Counted from the stretch's first letter, positions 22,748 through 35,300 are shown. The stretch is DNA of 64,000 bases from Amoebophrya sp. A120 (GCA_905178155.1 CAJINV010000001.1:12383832-12447831), one strand, 5' to 3'. The notes: generated from the sequence alone by a model not told the origin. Made by a program: numbers and translations.

Positions 22748-24490
22748 TCAGTGTCGCTGTATCCTGATATTCGCTATAAGCGCAATGTGGTCAGAGGGAT
22801 ACTCCGAGTTGGGGAGTTTCTTGGGTTGGGAAGCAACGTGGGTGTGAAAAGCGCTTTCAGATTCGAAACCTACAAATTCTAACTCCGCTTTGCCAGTCGC
22901 GTCTATTTCCGCCGAATTCTGCGGTGTTGCAGCACTACTTGTGCCATTCTTTTGTTCCACAGACTTCTGCAACGCCAACAAACCGTCTCGTGTCGTTCCG
23001 TTTTTATCGTCTGTCGCGATAGGTACAGCAACCCCCGGTTTCCGCAGAAGAATGTAGTCGAGCACCGCCTTGACATCGCGATCCTGCCATCCGGCCCACG
23101 TCGTGTACTCCGGGTAGGTGTCCACTTCGGTACCACTTGTAGAACCTCCGCTCTTCTTTTTCTCGACGCTTCTCCATCTCCCGCTCTTCCGGCATATGTT
23201 TGCGTTCTCGAAGCCTACACTTTCGAAAAAAGGCACCGTTCTTGGCAGCACCGGCCCGTCGAGAACTTTCAGCTCCTTCTTCCCCGTCGCGCTCTTCATC
23301 CAGCACGTGTTCGAGTAGGTCCTACAGTGCGAATTCAAGTCCGCGCAAATTACGATAGGGGGTAAAACGTGGGTCTCCTTCTCCTCCGTCGTTGCGGACA
23401 AGGCGCAAAAGTCCTGCAGGTGTTGCCACAGACTCTGCGCCTGCTCCAACCGCAGGTCCTCCATGCTGTCGGAAAAGCCCGCTTTGAAATGCGTCGTACA
23501 CACGACCACGTGATCGGCCGGCGACAGGGATGCCGCTGGCTTCGTCGTCGCGCCCTCGGGTAAGCGTACAAAGCGGCCCATCACGGCGACCATGATTTGT
23601 TTGTCCTGCAATTTCTGGCGGTAGGGGCGCAACAGCTTCCACTTCTTGCGATTCCACAGCAGTGCAGACCCGTCTTGGGCGAAGCGCCCGCGCTTTTTGT
23701 AAAAAATGCCGTCGAGAATCTGCTCGGCCTGATGTGTGGTTTGTTGACCCTCGGTTGATGGCGTTGGTCGGGCAAGTTCCGTGTAAAAGTCTTCCTCGAT
23801 CTCCTGGAGACAGGCAAAATCCAGGTCCGCATGTTGGAATTGAAATTGAATCGTGTCGAGGATTTTTTGTCGTCGGGACGTTTGCCAGTCCAGATCTTGC
23901 GCTGTCGCGCGAAACACGTGTAAACTCTTCTTGCTGGCGGCCGCTTCCTGCGCGGGCGCCGGGTCCTCGAAGTAGTGCACGCCCCCAGACCAGGGATCTG
24001 TTGGAACGGAAAGATCGGGAAACTGCGTCTCCTCTGCCTGTCCCTCCGCGAGGGTGGGCGCAAGAATGTTCCACTGAAGAAGACGAACTTGGAGAGTGTT
24101 CGTATCCGATTGCGCTTTGCTTCTGTCAGTCGAGCGAGAAGTAGAGGATGAAGCACCTACGTTGCCCGGTGTCACACCTGCCGACGCAGGAGGAGCTGAT
24201 GCCGTGCCACTACCTGATTTTGCTGTCGTGGAGGAATCAGGTGCAACTTTTGCCGCAGGTGTAGGGGAAGGGGCAGGTTCTTTTTTGCCATTCCAACGCC
24301 CGCGCGCCTTCGTTTTGGAAGCTTGTTCGCTGGGCAAGGCGCTCTTGGAGCTTTCTTCTTCCTTGCCTTTCTTCTTCCGTCCGCTGTTGCGTTTCGGAGA
24401 TGGCGGAGATTCAGGATCTGAATGTGAACCCGAAGAGGACCCATCGCCCATCAGCGCACCGAAGCGGTTTTGTAAAGCGTGGCGGGACAT
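22748..24490 (-). CDS. CCR4/nocturnin-like exonuclease-endonuclease-phosphatase (EEP) protein (580 aa)
   Basis: LLQWNILAPTLA, FACLQEI, CTTHFKA, ICADLNS, LDYIL, YPSDHIAL. Confidence 0.88.
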   Translation of the reverse strand: MSRHALQNRFGALMGDGSSSGSHSDPESPPSPKRNSGRKKKGKEEESSKSALPSEQASKTKARGRWNGKKEPAPSPTPAAKVAPDSSTTAKSGSGTASAPPASAGVTPGNVGASSSTSRSTDRSKAQSDTNTLQVRLLQWNILAPTLAEGQAEETQFPDLSVPTDPWSGGVHYFEDPAPAQEAAASKKSLHVFRATAQDLDWQTSRRQKILDTIQFQFQHADLDFACLQEIEEDFYTELARPTPSTEGQQTTHQAEQILDGIFYKKRGRFAQDGSALLWNRKKWKLLRPYRQKLQDKQIMVAVMGRFVRLPEGATTKPAASLSPADHVVVCTTHFKAGFSDSMEDLRLEQAQSLWQHLQDFCALSATTEEKETHVLPPIVICADLNSHCRTYSNTCWMKSATGKKELKVLDGPVLPRTVPFFESVGFENANICRKSGRWRSVEKKKSGGSTSGTEVDTYPEYTTWAGWQDRDVKAVLDYILLRKPGVAVPIATDDKNGTTRDGLLALQKSVEQKNGTSSAATPQNSAEIDATGKAELEFVGFESESAFHTHVASQPKKLPNSEYPSDHIALIANIRIQRH

Positions 24491-26836
24491 GGCGTTTCAA
24501 TTTTTTGCAAATGGATCTCTCATAAAAGAAAGGCTAAGAAAGAGAACTTAGAAGATTGGGCAGGTCGCTTTTTTGAATGTAAAAGGTCTGAAACGTCTAC
24601 CGTGTGTGTTATTAAGCAGCACAACTAGTGAATTCCTAGCAATAGAGAACGCGCTCGTAGACGAAAGTAGATGACTGAATCGAAGTCAATTCGAATTCCG
24701 AGATACGACAAAACATCAATCAGCATGGCGAAAAGTATTTCTCTACCCGATGTCTTTGGAGCCGAGTCAATGCTTTCGACGAACCGCGGAACCGTGAAGC
24801 TTAAGTGGTCTACAGAAAAGCACTGTGTCAAGCGGTGGTGGATCGCAGTCCGTCGTACGTTGAGATACAACTCTTCGGAAGTTTTTTCATTCTGGAACTT
24901 TCTGCATCGAACTTTGTCTCTCAGTTCTGACGAGATGGTCGATCCGATCTTTCCTTTCTGTGAGTGTACTCTGTGTGAGATTTTTCATCGATCCTTCGAA
25001 AAGCAACAATAGAATAACGACTCCGAACACGACGGCAGCACTTCGCTTTGTGCTGCAGTTGCCCCAGCAGCGCTCCAGCAGGGTCATTGAATACGGCGGC
25101 GACACTTGCAAATTTGCGAAGGCGCGCGCATCCGGTCCCGGCTGGCGTTCGTCTGCAGGGCACGGCGACATTGCAGTGGGCCGCCGAGCAACGCGACGGC
25201 AGAGAAACGTCTCCCGGCGCGGTCCCGCAGTAACACTTGGTAGGGGGCGCGCCTTCAGGGGCACAGAGGTGGCCGGCGCTCGATGGAAAAGGGGCCGGAG
25301 GCTCGCGAAGAAACTACCGCGCAGGTGCGCGCAACAATCGCAGGCAGCCAGGTAGGGCCACGGCACGCGGGGGCCTTGGGGCCTCTGGCGACTAACGCGG
25401 CCCGCCGCAGTTGGGCACAAAGAAACGGCAAGGCCCCACCACGCCCAAACAAAGCGGGGGCCCCACGCAACTGGATCCCAAGCAGTGGGCGCGGCGCGCA
25501 TCGCTGGCAGCTTTTGCGACCTTTAGCGCGCTCGCGGCACTAGTGCAGCTGCTTGCGGACACTGTTGCGCCCGAGACCGGCCCGCTCCTTCCACGAAGTC
25601 CGCGCAAGCTGCGCAACCGCCGTGAAACAGAGCCGCGAAGCAAGTAACTTGCGGAACGCAGAAGATGACCCGCAAGCAAGCGGCGCAGATACTGCCGACC
25701 CGCAGAGAAGAACGCACCGAGTGGCTGCGTTGTCAGTCGGCTCCTCCGTCCGGGCGCCCACTTAGAAAAAGCTCCGAGCGATGACAGCCGACGCCCCCTG
25801 GCACAATCCCGCCCCCGCTCCATTTGCATTTTTGAGACTCCGGGGCGACTACATACCTCTACGCTTACGCAACGGGTGAAAAATCAAGTAAACAAGGCAT
25901 AGCCTCTTCTCATACGTCCTGCATCACTCCGCGAAGCCTGTTTTCCACTTGGTCACTTACTTATTCCTCAAGGGTTCGCACATGGGACTCGAACCAATAC
26001 TCTTTGTCGCGCCTTGGCCTTCCTCGGTAGGGAACGCACGACATATCCGCCTCTCACTCCTTTTGCGCTCTAGAGCTACGTGCACCTTTCGCAAAAACAC
26101 AGCACACCAAACGAAACCTTTAAATCCGCCAAGATGAAGATGCGGAGGACGAAGCGCCAACTAAAAGCAAATCTACTTTCATTTTTTATTCACAAGAAAA
26201 CAAATCAAGCTTCAGAAGCAGATTTGAAAGCTCACGCGGTCAACGGCATTTTCTGCAGATCTAAATCACAAAATATCCTCAGCGGCAACAGGTTAATTAA
26301 CTTGCTTCGGAAAAAAATGCACAGATCAAGGGACAGAAAAATCAGTTCGTTCAGTGGTCACATAGAATTGAGGCTTTTGTAGAATTGCAAGTCGGGATAA
26401 AAAAGTTCGCGAAAAAAACGACGTATCTGAGGTTGTCCTTTTGTTGCGACGGAGTCTGGCGCCCCTGTCGAGTTCACCTGTGCATCTAGTATGATTGTGA
26501 CTCGATTCGCGTTCGATAACATAAGTACTACATCCAAAAAACTCCAGCAGGTGACTCTAATGCCATGACCCATTGCTGTTCGGGCAACTTCAACTTCTTC
26601 ATCTAAGTTCACACGCTGTTCACCACGCCTAAGTTCGCTTTCATTTCTTCCTAATCGAGTAGTACATGACAAAATAGACTAGATTCGGCATTTTCTAACA
26701 ATCTGAGGACAACAATCTTCTAGTTCATCTCTGAATTATCGCTCAGTTCTCGCGTTGTAATGTATCGCGTAGTAACACGGTGTTGTGTAGAATCCAATGC
26801 TCACTTGTCGCAACCTTGTTCTCCTTCCACAATCCT

Positions 26837-29800
26837 TCACTTCTTCTTTTTCCCCTTTTTCTTTCCGAATTTCAGCATGGGGTCGGCCATGTAGGGGTTA
26901 AACTGCAGCAAGGGCACGGCCACGCTGATCCCGTCCTTGACGCGGAAGTTCTCGTAGGGCCGCAGCAGGGCCTCGGTCAGGGTCTTTTCCGCCACCGGGA
27001 TACCCCTCTCCGCGAGCTTCTGCTTGCACAGCTGGATTTCCTCCAGTTGCGCCGCGCGGCGGTCCAGGTACGCGTTCGGCGTCTTGTGTACGTCCGACCA
27101 CAACTTGCACGTTTCCAAATCCTCCGCGTGCACGTCCTCGGCGCAATTCTGGATGCGGGAGTAGGCCGGCAGTTCCTCCGGCTCGTGCAGAAAGTTGGCC
27201 AGCTGGTGGCGGAGGCGCTGCATCTCCGTTTTCCGCACGTCCTCCTCGATCGTGGCCATCTCGATGTCCCCGGTCTTCTGGTCCCGGCAGTCCCCGTTCT
27301 GCAAGTACCCGTGCGCCATCACCCCCTCGGCATCAAAAAGGTCAAATTCGGACGGTTGCGTCGCGTCCTCGTCTTGTTGGGAGGCAGACCTTGGTAGGGA
27401 AAATGCATATGCAAGGTACATATGCATTCATCATGTTGTAAAAATCTGATGCACATTCAGTGACTGGGAATCTGCTGACACACAAGATCGGTTTCGAAAA
27501 GAATGAAAAACATGCGGAAAAGAATCATACTTCTTCTTCGCCGCCTCACTCGCCGCTGCCATGGCCGCCGTTCGGCTTGCTGGTGCACTCTGCGGTCGCG
27601 GTTTTGTCAGGTACACATTGGGTCCGCTGGGCCGCAGGTTGCTCGCACTGTCCTGCCTCCGCACGGTGTTCTCCTCGACGCGCGTGCGGAACTCCCGCCA
27701 GTTCGCGATGGCAGCTTGGATCTCCTCGTGGCGCGCCTTGTCCTCCAGCTCCTTCTGGCGGAATTCCAGCCACCGTTGTTGCATCGCCTCCGCGGGCGTT
27801 TTCGGCTGCTTGGCCGGAATGTCTTCCGCCATCATCATCTCAAATTCGTCCACTTCCAACGCTTCCGCAGGTAACGGGTAGTGCGACCGGAACGTCCCGA
27901 CAGAACGCAGACTGGAAATGTTTGATGGAGGAAATGAACCCATGAATTCGAATCAGGACGACCAGTCCCTCCGACGTCATGATGATCAAAGGAACAACTA
28001 CTTCTACGATCGAAAAGGCTTGTTCTTACCTGCTAGCACTGCTGGGTCTCGTCATGTTTGCGATGCGGCGGAGTTCAGCTGTTTGCGCACTGTGTGGACG
28101 CATGACCGCTGAAGTCGGCCGGGAGCCCGGTCGCGTAGTGCCTGAGCTCGGGCGCGAAGTTGAGGCGTCGAACGTTGCTGTAGAAGTTGTTGGCAAGAAT
28201 TTCATAGACGTCTACACTCACGCCCACACGGAAAAATGACTATCTAGCAGCGCACGTTCTGTTATGCGAGGGACAAGAACCTAAGACAAAGACGAACACA
28301 ACCACTACAGCTGGTCCCCAAGGCACTGTGTGGTCGTCCACCGTACGAAGCTTTTGCACTGTGCGGTCGTGGTAAATGGCGATCTCGGATTTCCGCAATC
28401 GGGCGGGCAGTTGCACTCGCGGGTCGTCGTGCCGCGCTCGAGGGGCGAAGCGTGGTAGCACTTTGCGGCCGCCGGCTGAAAGCGGACCACGGCCGGGACT
28501 GAGACACTGTGGGTAAGTAAGTAGGTATCGTTTTCGAAAACGAAAACACATTCATCACAGCGGAAAAATCACGTGCTCCAATAAACCCGATGAAAGTACT
28601 TTGAACCAGAACGGAACCCCGCCTTTGCGAAACCAGCAACTATCTAAGAAGTTGAACTTACTGCTCGCGGTAGACGCCGCGAAACTGCTCTGCGGTCGCT
28701 CGAAGGCCGAAGTGGATGGTGGCCTTGTACTGAGGGCCGACAAGGGCCGGGGGCGACTGGAGCGGAACTTGGCAGAATCTGGGCGCTGTGTGGCGGACTG
28801 CGGACGCCGTTTGGCCGAGTCCGGCCGCGTGAAGTTCCAGTTCGTGGGCTTCGGGCGAGCGGGTGTGGTGCGTTTCGTGGGAGAATAAACCGCCCTTGGT
28901 TGCTCAGTGCTACTCTGCGTACTGCTTGCGGCGGCAGAAAATCGACTGCTGCTCAGCCTCTTCGAAATCTTCGCGGCGGTGCTGTGAAACAAGAATCGGA
29001 TGCGTTCAAATTCTTTTCAATGTCGTGCGCAGTGCATCTACTTACTTTCATGGCTCTCAGCTTCTTCAGAATGCTGCAAAAAGATGAATCTATCATGCTA
29101 CACTTCTCATCGCAATCATCAATTCTACATCGCGCTTCCCGGCGGCATTTCCTTCGCGTCGCGAAGAAACGTGGAAAAGTTCGGGTCTTCCTCCTTTTTC
29201 TCCAGCGGGTCTTCCCGCGGGTTGCAGTACAGCTCCCGGTGCGTTTTGTAGAACGCGTACATGCGATCGACGAATTTCCGGCAGTTCTCCGGCTCCTTGT
29301 AGGGTATGTCGTTGAAGAGGTTCCGCACGCGCCGGAAAAACGCCTCGTTGGGAAAGAATTTCCGGTCTTTGGGCGGCTTGCTCTCGTCGTCGTCCTCGGA
29401 GGACGCGTAGCGATGCTTGTACTTCAGCCGATAGTACCGCCCTAAATGCTTTTTCACCTCCCGGTACTTCGGGTCTGCGGAGTAGATATACTGGTTTATC
29501 TTCTTCTGCCTTTTGCTCTGCATACCCTTCTCTTTGCTCTCCAAAATCTGCTTGACCGACTCGTACTGCGGCAAACCATCGCCGCCCCCGCCTGCGTCCG
29601 CGGCAGCATCGGTCGGCGGGGAAGCGGCCGCCGCGCCTTTCGCGTCCTTGGCCGGTGCGGCGGGCGCAGCGGCTTTGCTGTTTCCGGCGGAGGACTGCAG
29701 TTCCTTCTTCACCTCCTTCACCACGTCCTCGCCGATCACGGAGCGAAACTGCAGGCGCGGATCCAGCGCGATTTTGGAGGGGCGGGTAGTTCCGCTCAGC

Positions 29801-30015
29801 ACGCCCCGACGGTACCGGAACATGTTCATCAGGCTGTTCAGCTCCTCGTCCACGGTCGGCGGCTCAAACCCCGACCGCAGCTTGGACGCCGTCGCCAGGT
29901 CCTCAGGAGACGGCACCGTGGAAGTGGAATCCATGCCGTCCTGGTCCGCGGCTTTCGGTTGCGGCGATGTAGTAGTGGTCTCGACCGAAGATGAGATGAC
30001 TGTCGTCGTCGCCAT
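26837..30015 (-). CDS. Multi-exon hypothetical protein with many RPxSA repeats and a Lys-rich tail (possibly cilium/microtubule associated)
   Basis: Consecutive minus-strand ORFs. The first two GT-AG introns are phase-compatible (AT|GTAGAA...CAG|C and A|GTAAGT...CAG|TG); later junctions were not resolved. RPQSA/RPDSA/RPHSA/RPSSA motifs recur across exons. Function is inference only. Confidence 0.65.
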
Positions 30016-30626
30016 AGTGCGTGTGGTCTGCAGGTAGCGAAGTTGGACTTGGTTTACGTCATGAGTGGGTAAAGACTAGAAGAAGACGTCCTTCGTGCAA
30101 GAACGGCATTTCAAAATTGTATGCACAGCCTTTTCTCACAAAAACTCCTTGACTCCGCTCACGAACGTCACTCGCTAGCAGAGCGTTTTGCGTCGCACGA
30201 CATGCAGAACATCACTCGATTTCACTCATCAAACTCGAAGTTTTTGTCGATGCAGCCTTTCACACGCGGAGTTTTTGGCTTTTTTGCTTTCTTAGATATT
30301 CTCTCTCTCACTCGAGGACAGTAGAAAACGATTAAAAAAAGCCTTTTCCGATCTCTCGTCACAGCATTCTCGGGTGGGTGAGAGCAAAAATGGCCGGCCA
30401 GTCGGTCGCTTTTGGTCACAAGCAGCTGCGTCGTGCGCGATCGGTTAGCCCTCACCTTCTATTGACACTTGTACTGGCTCACGGTCACATGTTGATCTGC
30501 TCATGAGTCAATAGCTTTTCCTTTCGTCTCTCAACCACATGGTGGTGGGCTGTGTATATTCGAAGAGTTATAGTAGTTTAAGCTGTCCGCAGTGGCTGTA
30601 ACAGTCAGATCAGCAGTGGGTGTTTG

Positions 30627-30733
30627 TGTTTTTGTCACGAATATCAATATTGGGTCAGTCAGCAATGAATGTTTTTGTCACGAGTATCAATATTGGGTCA
30701 GTCAGTGTCAGCAATGAATGTTTTTGTCACGAA
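30627..30733. repeat. Tandem repeat, ~43-49-nt unit, about 2.3 copies
   Basis: TGTTTTTGTCACGARTATCAATATTGGGTCAGTCAG...CAATGAA repeated. Confidence 0.8.
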
Positions 30734-30822
30734 TTATATATAAGTACTGGTTTCAGAATCTACCGGTCAATCCATTGTCTTGCTACTTTTTTTATTTTCA
30801 TGTGTGTGTCTCAACTCTAGGT

Positions 30823-32103
30823 CTAGTCTAACATCACGCAATCGACGCTGTCCGACTCTTCATCCACGAGATCTATCACTTCTGCAGCACTTCCGTCATC
30901 CACAGACGCACCGTCGTAGTTTCGCACTCTGACATCAAGACCGTCCCCCATCTTCTCGTGCCACAGCTCTTGGATCCGTTTGATGTGCAGCGCCACTTTC
31001 GGATCTGTAGTGATCATGTCCATGGTCATGTCGTGCGCCTTCTTCTCTAGCTTTTCCAGCGACAGGGCGCCCGGTTCCGCGGTTTCGCGCAGCTTTGTTC
31101 GGTTTCGTCCCTGCAGCGCGTCCACGTATGCGAGCATACACGGCGCCGAAGATTCCCGGTCGTTTCGGAGCCTCGCTGCCTCCTTGAAGCACCAGAGCCG
31201 CCTGTTGTCTGCGCTCCAGTACTCTCCGCCCCAGAGGTAGACCACCAAGGGAGGGAAGTCCGCCGGTGTCAACAGGCCTGCCGCCAAAGCGTCCCGCGTT
31301 GTTCGGATGGGGGTCCCGTCCGTGAATTCCGGGGAGATCGCAGCCTGCGAGTAGCGTAGCCGCTTGACTGCCAGCATGGTTCGCTTGGAGTTGAGCCCAA
31401 CCGACCGCGCCGGGGTCCTTTTGCGTTTGTGCACGGCGTTGGTCTTTATCGCGAGCAACTCCGTCGGGAAGACCTCGAAGGGGATTTTGAGCAGCGGCAT
31501 CAACATAGTGCAGAGCGACTTCGTCTTGTTCGGCGCCAGGCCCTTCTTCCGCTGCCGCTCGCTCCGAAGCTCCATTTTTCGCTCGTGTTTGATCTCCCGC
31601 ATACAGATTCGGTAGACCTCCATCGCAATTGCACAATTGCGCTCGCGCGTCTTCTCACCCTCCGCTGCACCCGAACTACTTCCCGAAGTTGCCTCTTCAA
31701 GCGGCCAAAAGTCGGCGAGCTCCCGCACGCCGAGAGACTGCCGCAGCGTCTTCTGAAGGTTGTCGAAGAATGCCCCGCCGCTGCCATGCCCGAGCTGTCG
31801 GTAGCGTTTGTATGCTCGGAGGTTATTCATGATCGCCACGGTGCGCGCTTTCTCGGGGCCGCTTGCGGTTGACGAACTGGATCCGCGGGAATGCTCGACA
31901 TCGGGCGCGTCCAGAGCAGGGTCCTCACCGTCGGCAGACAGGTCCTGATAAAAGTCGTTTTCCAGAGGTCCGTCCGCGTCGCTGCCTTCGTCGCGCCCGA
32001 AAACTGCCATGTTGTCGAAAACTTCCTGGTCCTCCAAATCGCAGTCAGGATCGTCTTCCGCTTCGGGTATGCAAGTGAAAAAGTAAGCACGTACCTGAGT
32101 CAT
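30823..32103 (-). CDS. Protein with a ParB/sulfiredoxin-like (DNRRL-type) domain; 5' end uncertain
   Basis: LRYSQAAISPEFTDG...FPPLVVYLWGGEYWSADNRRLWCFKEA resembles the ParB-like pattern of rfsQ..Is..F..G followed by s.DNRRL. Confidence 0.65.
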   Translation of the reverse strand: MTQVRAYFFTCIPEAEDDPDCDLEDQEVFDNMAVFGRDEGSDADGPLENDFYQDLSADGEDPALDAPDVEHSRGSSSSTASGPEKARTVAIMNNLRAYKRYRQLGHGSGGAFFDNLQKTLRQSLGVRELADFWPLEEATSGSSSGAAEGEKTRERNCAIAMEVYRICMREIKHERKMELRSERQRKKGLAPNKTKSLCTMLMPLLKIPFEVFPTELLAIKTNAVHKRKRTPARSVGLNSKRTMLAVKRLRYSQAAISPEFTDGTPIRTTRDALAAGLLTPADFPPLVVYLWGGEYWSADNRRLWCFKEAARLRNDRESSAPCMLAYVDALQGRNRTKLRETAEPGALSLEKLEKKAHDMTMDMITTDPKVALHIKRIQELWHEKMGDGLDVRVRNYDGASVDDGSAAEVIDLVDEESDSVDCVMLD

Positions 32104-32335
32104 GCACGGAGTTATCTGCTATATGCGCCAGCAGCTGCTTCTTGAGGTTGAGTGGCAATCTATTTTTTCATCGTGGGTCTGAAGTTTTTAATTTTGATTC
32201 TCGCATGGAGCGGTCGCGAGAAATACACAACCTCGCTCAAATAATGTAAGTAGTGACGCACTCCTTCATTCTGGAAAGAATTACGGCGAGAGCGAGATAC
32301 TGAAGCACTATACAACTCAGGCACAAACGGGCTTT

Positions 32336-35300
32336 TCATGGCATAGCCGTGTCCACGCGGCTCGGCTCATCCTTGTCCCCTGCACTGGAAAATCCCACCT
32401 GCTCCGGGGCCGCAACGTCGACCAAATCCGGATCTTCAGCTAGGAGATCAGACACAACTTCACGAATGTCTCGGTTGGTTAACTTGTGCGCCCGAGCACT
32501 TTTCTCGACGTCCTTCGTTCGCATGCTCAGCGTTCCGTGCCCCTTCATCGCCGCGGCATCCAGAATTTTTTGTGCTCTAGCCCGATCGCCCGTCCGCCAC
32601 GAGGCCAGCGGAACCGCTCCCAGTGACTGCTCTGCCCGCAACAGCTCGCCCAGGCGCCTTGGCGACAAATTTCCCTTAATCATGTCCAGAACAACGCGGG
32701 TCAAGCAAGCTAGTCCGATTGAGCGCGGATGCGCAGGACCGAATTTCTCGACGACGTTGAACCACCGCGCAGTGACTTTCCCCGTTATGCCGCTGGACGT
32801 CTGCAACCCACCACCGTGTTGCGTATACCGTCGAAACACAGCAAGCATGACGTCCTCAAGCAGATTGTCGTCGTCAAGTTCCCCAACGGTGCGCGCCAAG
32901 TTCTCTTCTATCCCGAAGTCTTCGTCGAGCGTGCTGTTGCTACCAAGCAATGGGGCCCTGTTTTTGGAACTCGTCGCGCCACTACTGGAGGAGGACGCGG
33001 TAGAGCCAACCTGCTGCGCAAGCGCGCCGGGCTTTTTTTCTTCTTCCCCCGCGTCAGCCGCGTCGCCTTTTCTGGTGCTGTCCGTCAGAAAGTCTTCGAT
33101 CTGCTTCACACGTCCAGCCCAGTAATCGTCCCCGAGGTTCCAGCAGCGGATCTGGCTCCTGCCGTTCTTGCCCAAGAGAGTCAGGAGGTCGGTATTCCAG
33201 CAGACCCAGTTCAGGTCGCCATCGTAGTCGCCTCCGCGGAATTCATCCGCGCCCCCGCGCTCACAGTTGTCCGGGTGCGCCGCAAGGATCAGCAAGCTTA
33301 TCAAGTGCAAATATGTCTGGGCCCGGATCTGGAGGAAGGTTGCATGATCATTTGTCAAGATAAATCTTTTTTGATTTTGCATGCAAAAATTTGCATGAAA
33401 ACATTTGTCAAGATAAATATACCGCCCGGGCTTCGCATAGCCTAACGGGCCTGCCATGCGCGCTCGAGCACCGCAAGTGATGGCTCCGCGTCCGCAAATG
33501 CAAGTCCTATCCTGCATGACACACGTTGCCTCGGGACGCCACAAAGTGCGTGGCTTTTGCTGCTCACAAATTACAGACTTCTGGGACTTTTGTGTCTCCC
33601 AGACCGAACACGCAAAACACTTCCTCCAGGCCCAGACATATTTGCGTCTGATATGGTTTTTACCCGTGCCAAACCGACGCGCAAGCTCCTCCTTGTAGAC
33701 AAAGCGGACCAGCTGCAGGTCCGTGGGCAACACCGCCGGCGTCGCTCCCACGACGCACCAGCCGCGGAGGTACTTATCTTGTCCGTCCTTGTCGCGAAAA
33801 ACGAGCTGGGCCTGTCTCCTCTTTAGAAGTCTACCGGTGTAGTCGTAGGCGACGTGGAAGAAACCGCTGTCCTTCATTTTGTACTGCGGCTTTTTCCGCA
33901 GCCTCTCCGCCTCCTGGAGCTGACTCTTTGCCTCTACTGTCCACAAATGAATCTGCGACGTCTCTTCAAATCCGGCATCTTTCAACCGACTCAGGAACTC
34001 GTGCTGCCCGCGCTGCGCATCCCCCGCCGGAAAGGGGTTTCGGTCGCCCGCTGCCTTGGCCTGCGCCGCCTTTGCCTTGCGCCTCTCCTCGTGCACGGCC
34101 TTTCTTTCCTTCTGCAAAGCCCGGGCGTACCGTGCGTCATCCGCCCCCGCGTCGTGGAACTGCAGTGGCCGGGCCCCGGGTTTGACATCTTTGTCCCGGT
34201 TTCGTTCGGCCGCCGATCCAGGCTTCGGATCATCGTGCTCGTGCCCTCCGTCTTCTTCGCCGCTCCGCAAGGCTGCATCCACGCTTTCTGCTGGGGCCGC
34301 TGCATCTCCGTCTCGATCTGCAGAGGAGGACTCGGACGATGCCTCGCTGGAAGCAGAGCCTGAATCCGATGAAGTTTCCGTTTCTGTGTCGCTTTGTTCG
34401 GCAGAGGAGCTTGCTAGCATATCTTCCGGATCGTCCTCGTTTGTGTCTCTTTGCTCCTTTGCTCCAGTGCCTGCGCCGTGAGCGCTGGAGCTGCTGGCCG
34501 TCGCACCATCCGGATGCTGAGCGCCCTGATTGTAGTTGCAGTTGTACTTGTAGCAGTTAATTGGCACGAAGCATCAGTTTTCCGCTAGACAGTGACAGAG
34601 ACCACGATCTTGAAGTATACTACCTGTATCTACCTACTTAAAACAATGAGTAAACAACGATGTCGACACTTTGGCTTTTTGTTTTTTGTAGATCGATGCA
34701 AAAATGAAAAAACTTTGTATCTCTACCTGTTTCCGCAGAGCCACCGGAGAAGAGTCCAGGGACAGACCGGGGTCGTGAAGCTGCAGCGTGTCTTCCTTCT
34801 TCCGCTTCTTCGGGTTTTCCGCTGGAGCATCGAGAGTCGTCGCGGCCTTCTTGCTTTGATTGCCGATCTTCTTCTCCAGGTCTACGAAGTGGAACTTTTC
34901 CTCCCAATGGCTGTCGTGCAGCCCCTCCAAAAACTGCAAGAACGCCTCCCGCTTTGCGTGGTTCACAACAAACTCGCCCGCCTGCGCCTCATCTGCAGAT
35001 GCCTGGAAAAGCTGCACTGCGTCGCCCGCCACAACTGCAGACCTTTCCCCCTTCTCCGGCGTCTGTGGCTCCGGGGTTTCGCCGCTTTTCTTTTTGGCGG
35101 GGCCCGCGCTCTTCTGCTGCTTTTTTGCCCTTGTCTTCCGCTCCTTTTTGGAAAGCCTTCGCTTCCCCCACATTGCCTTCTTGCTGTCTTTCTGCGTGCG
35201 CGGACCGGTGTCGACGTCTTTCTTCGGCAAAGTCTCCCTCCATTCCCAGGCACAGAGAAACTCGAGAAGTGGCAGGAACTGCGCATTGAGCGTTCGATCC

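Noticed and set aside
30627-30733. CRISPR-like array (also considered for 61978-62027 and 10692-10756)
   Set aside because: Plain tandem units without unique spacers, no cas genes, eukaryotic context
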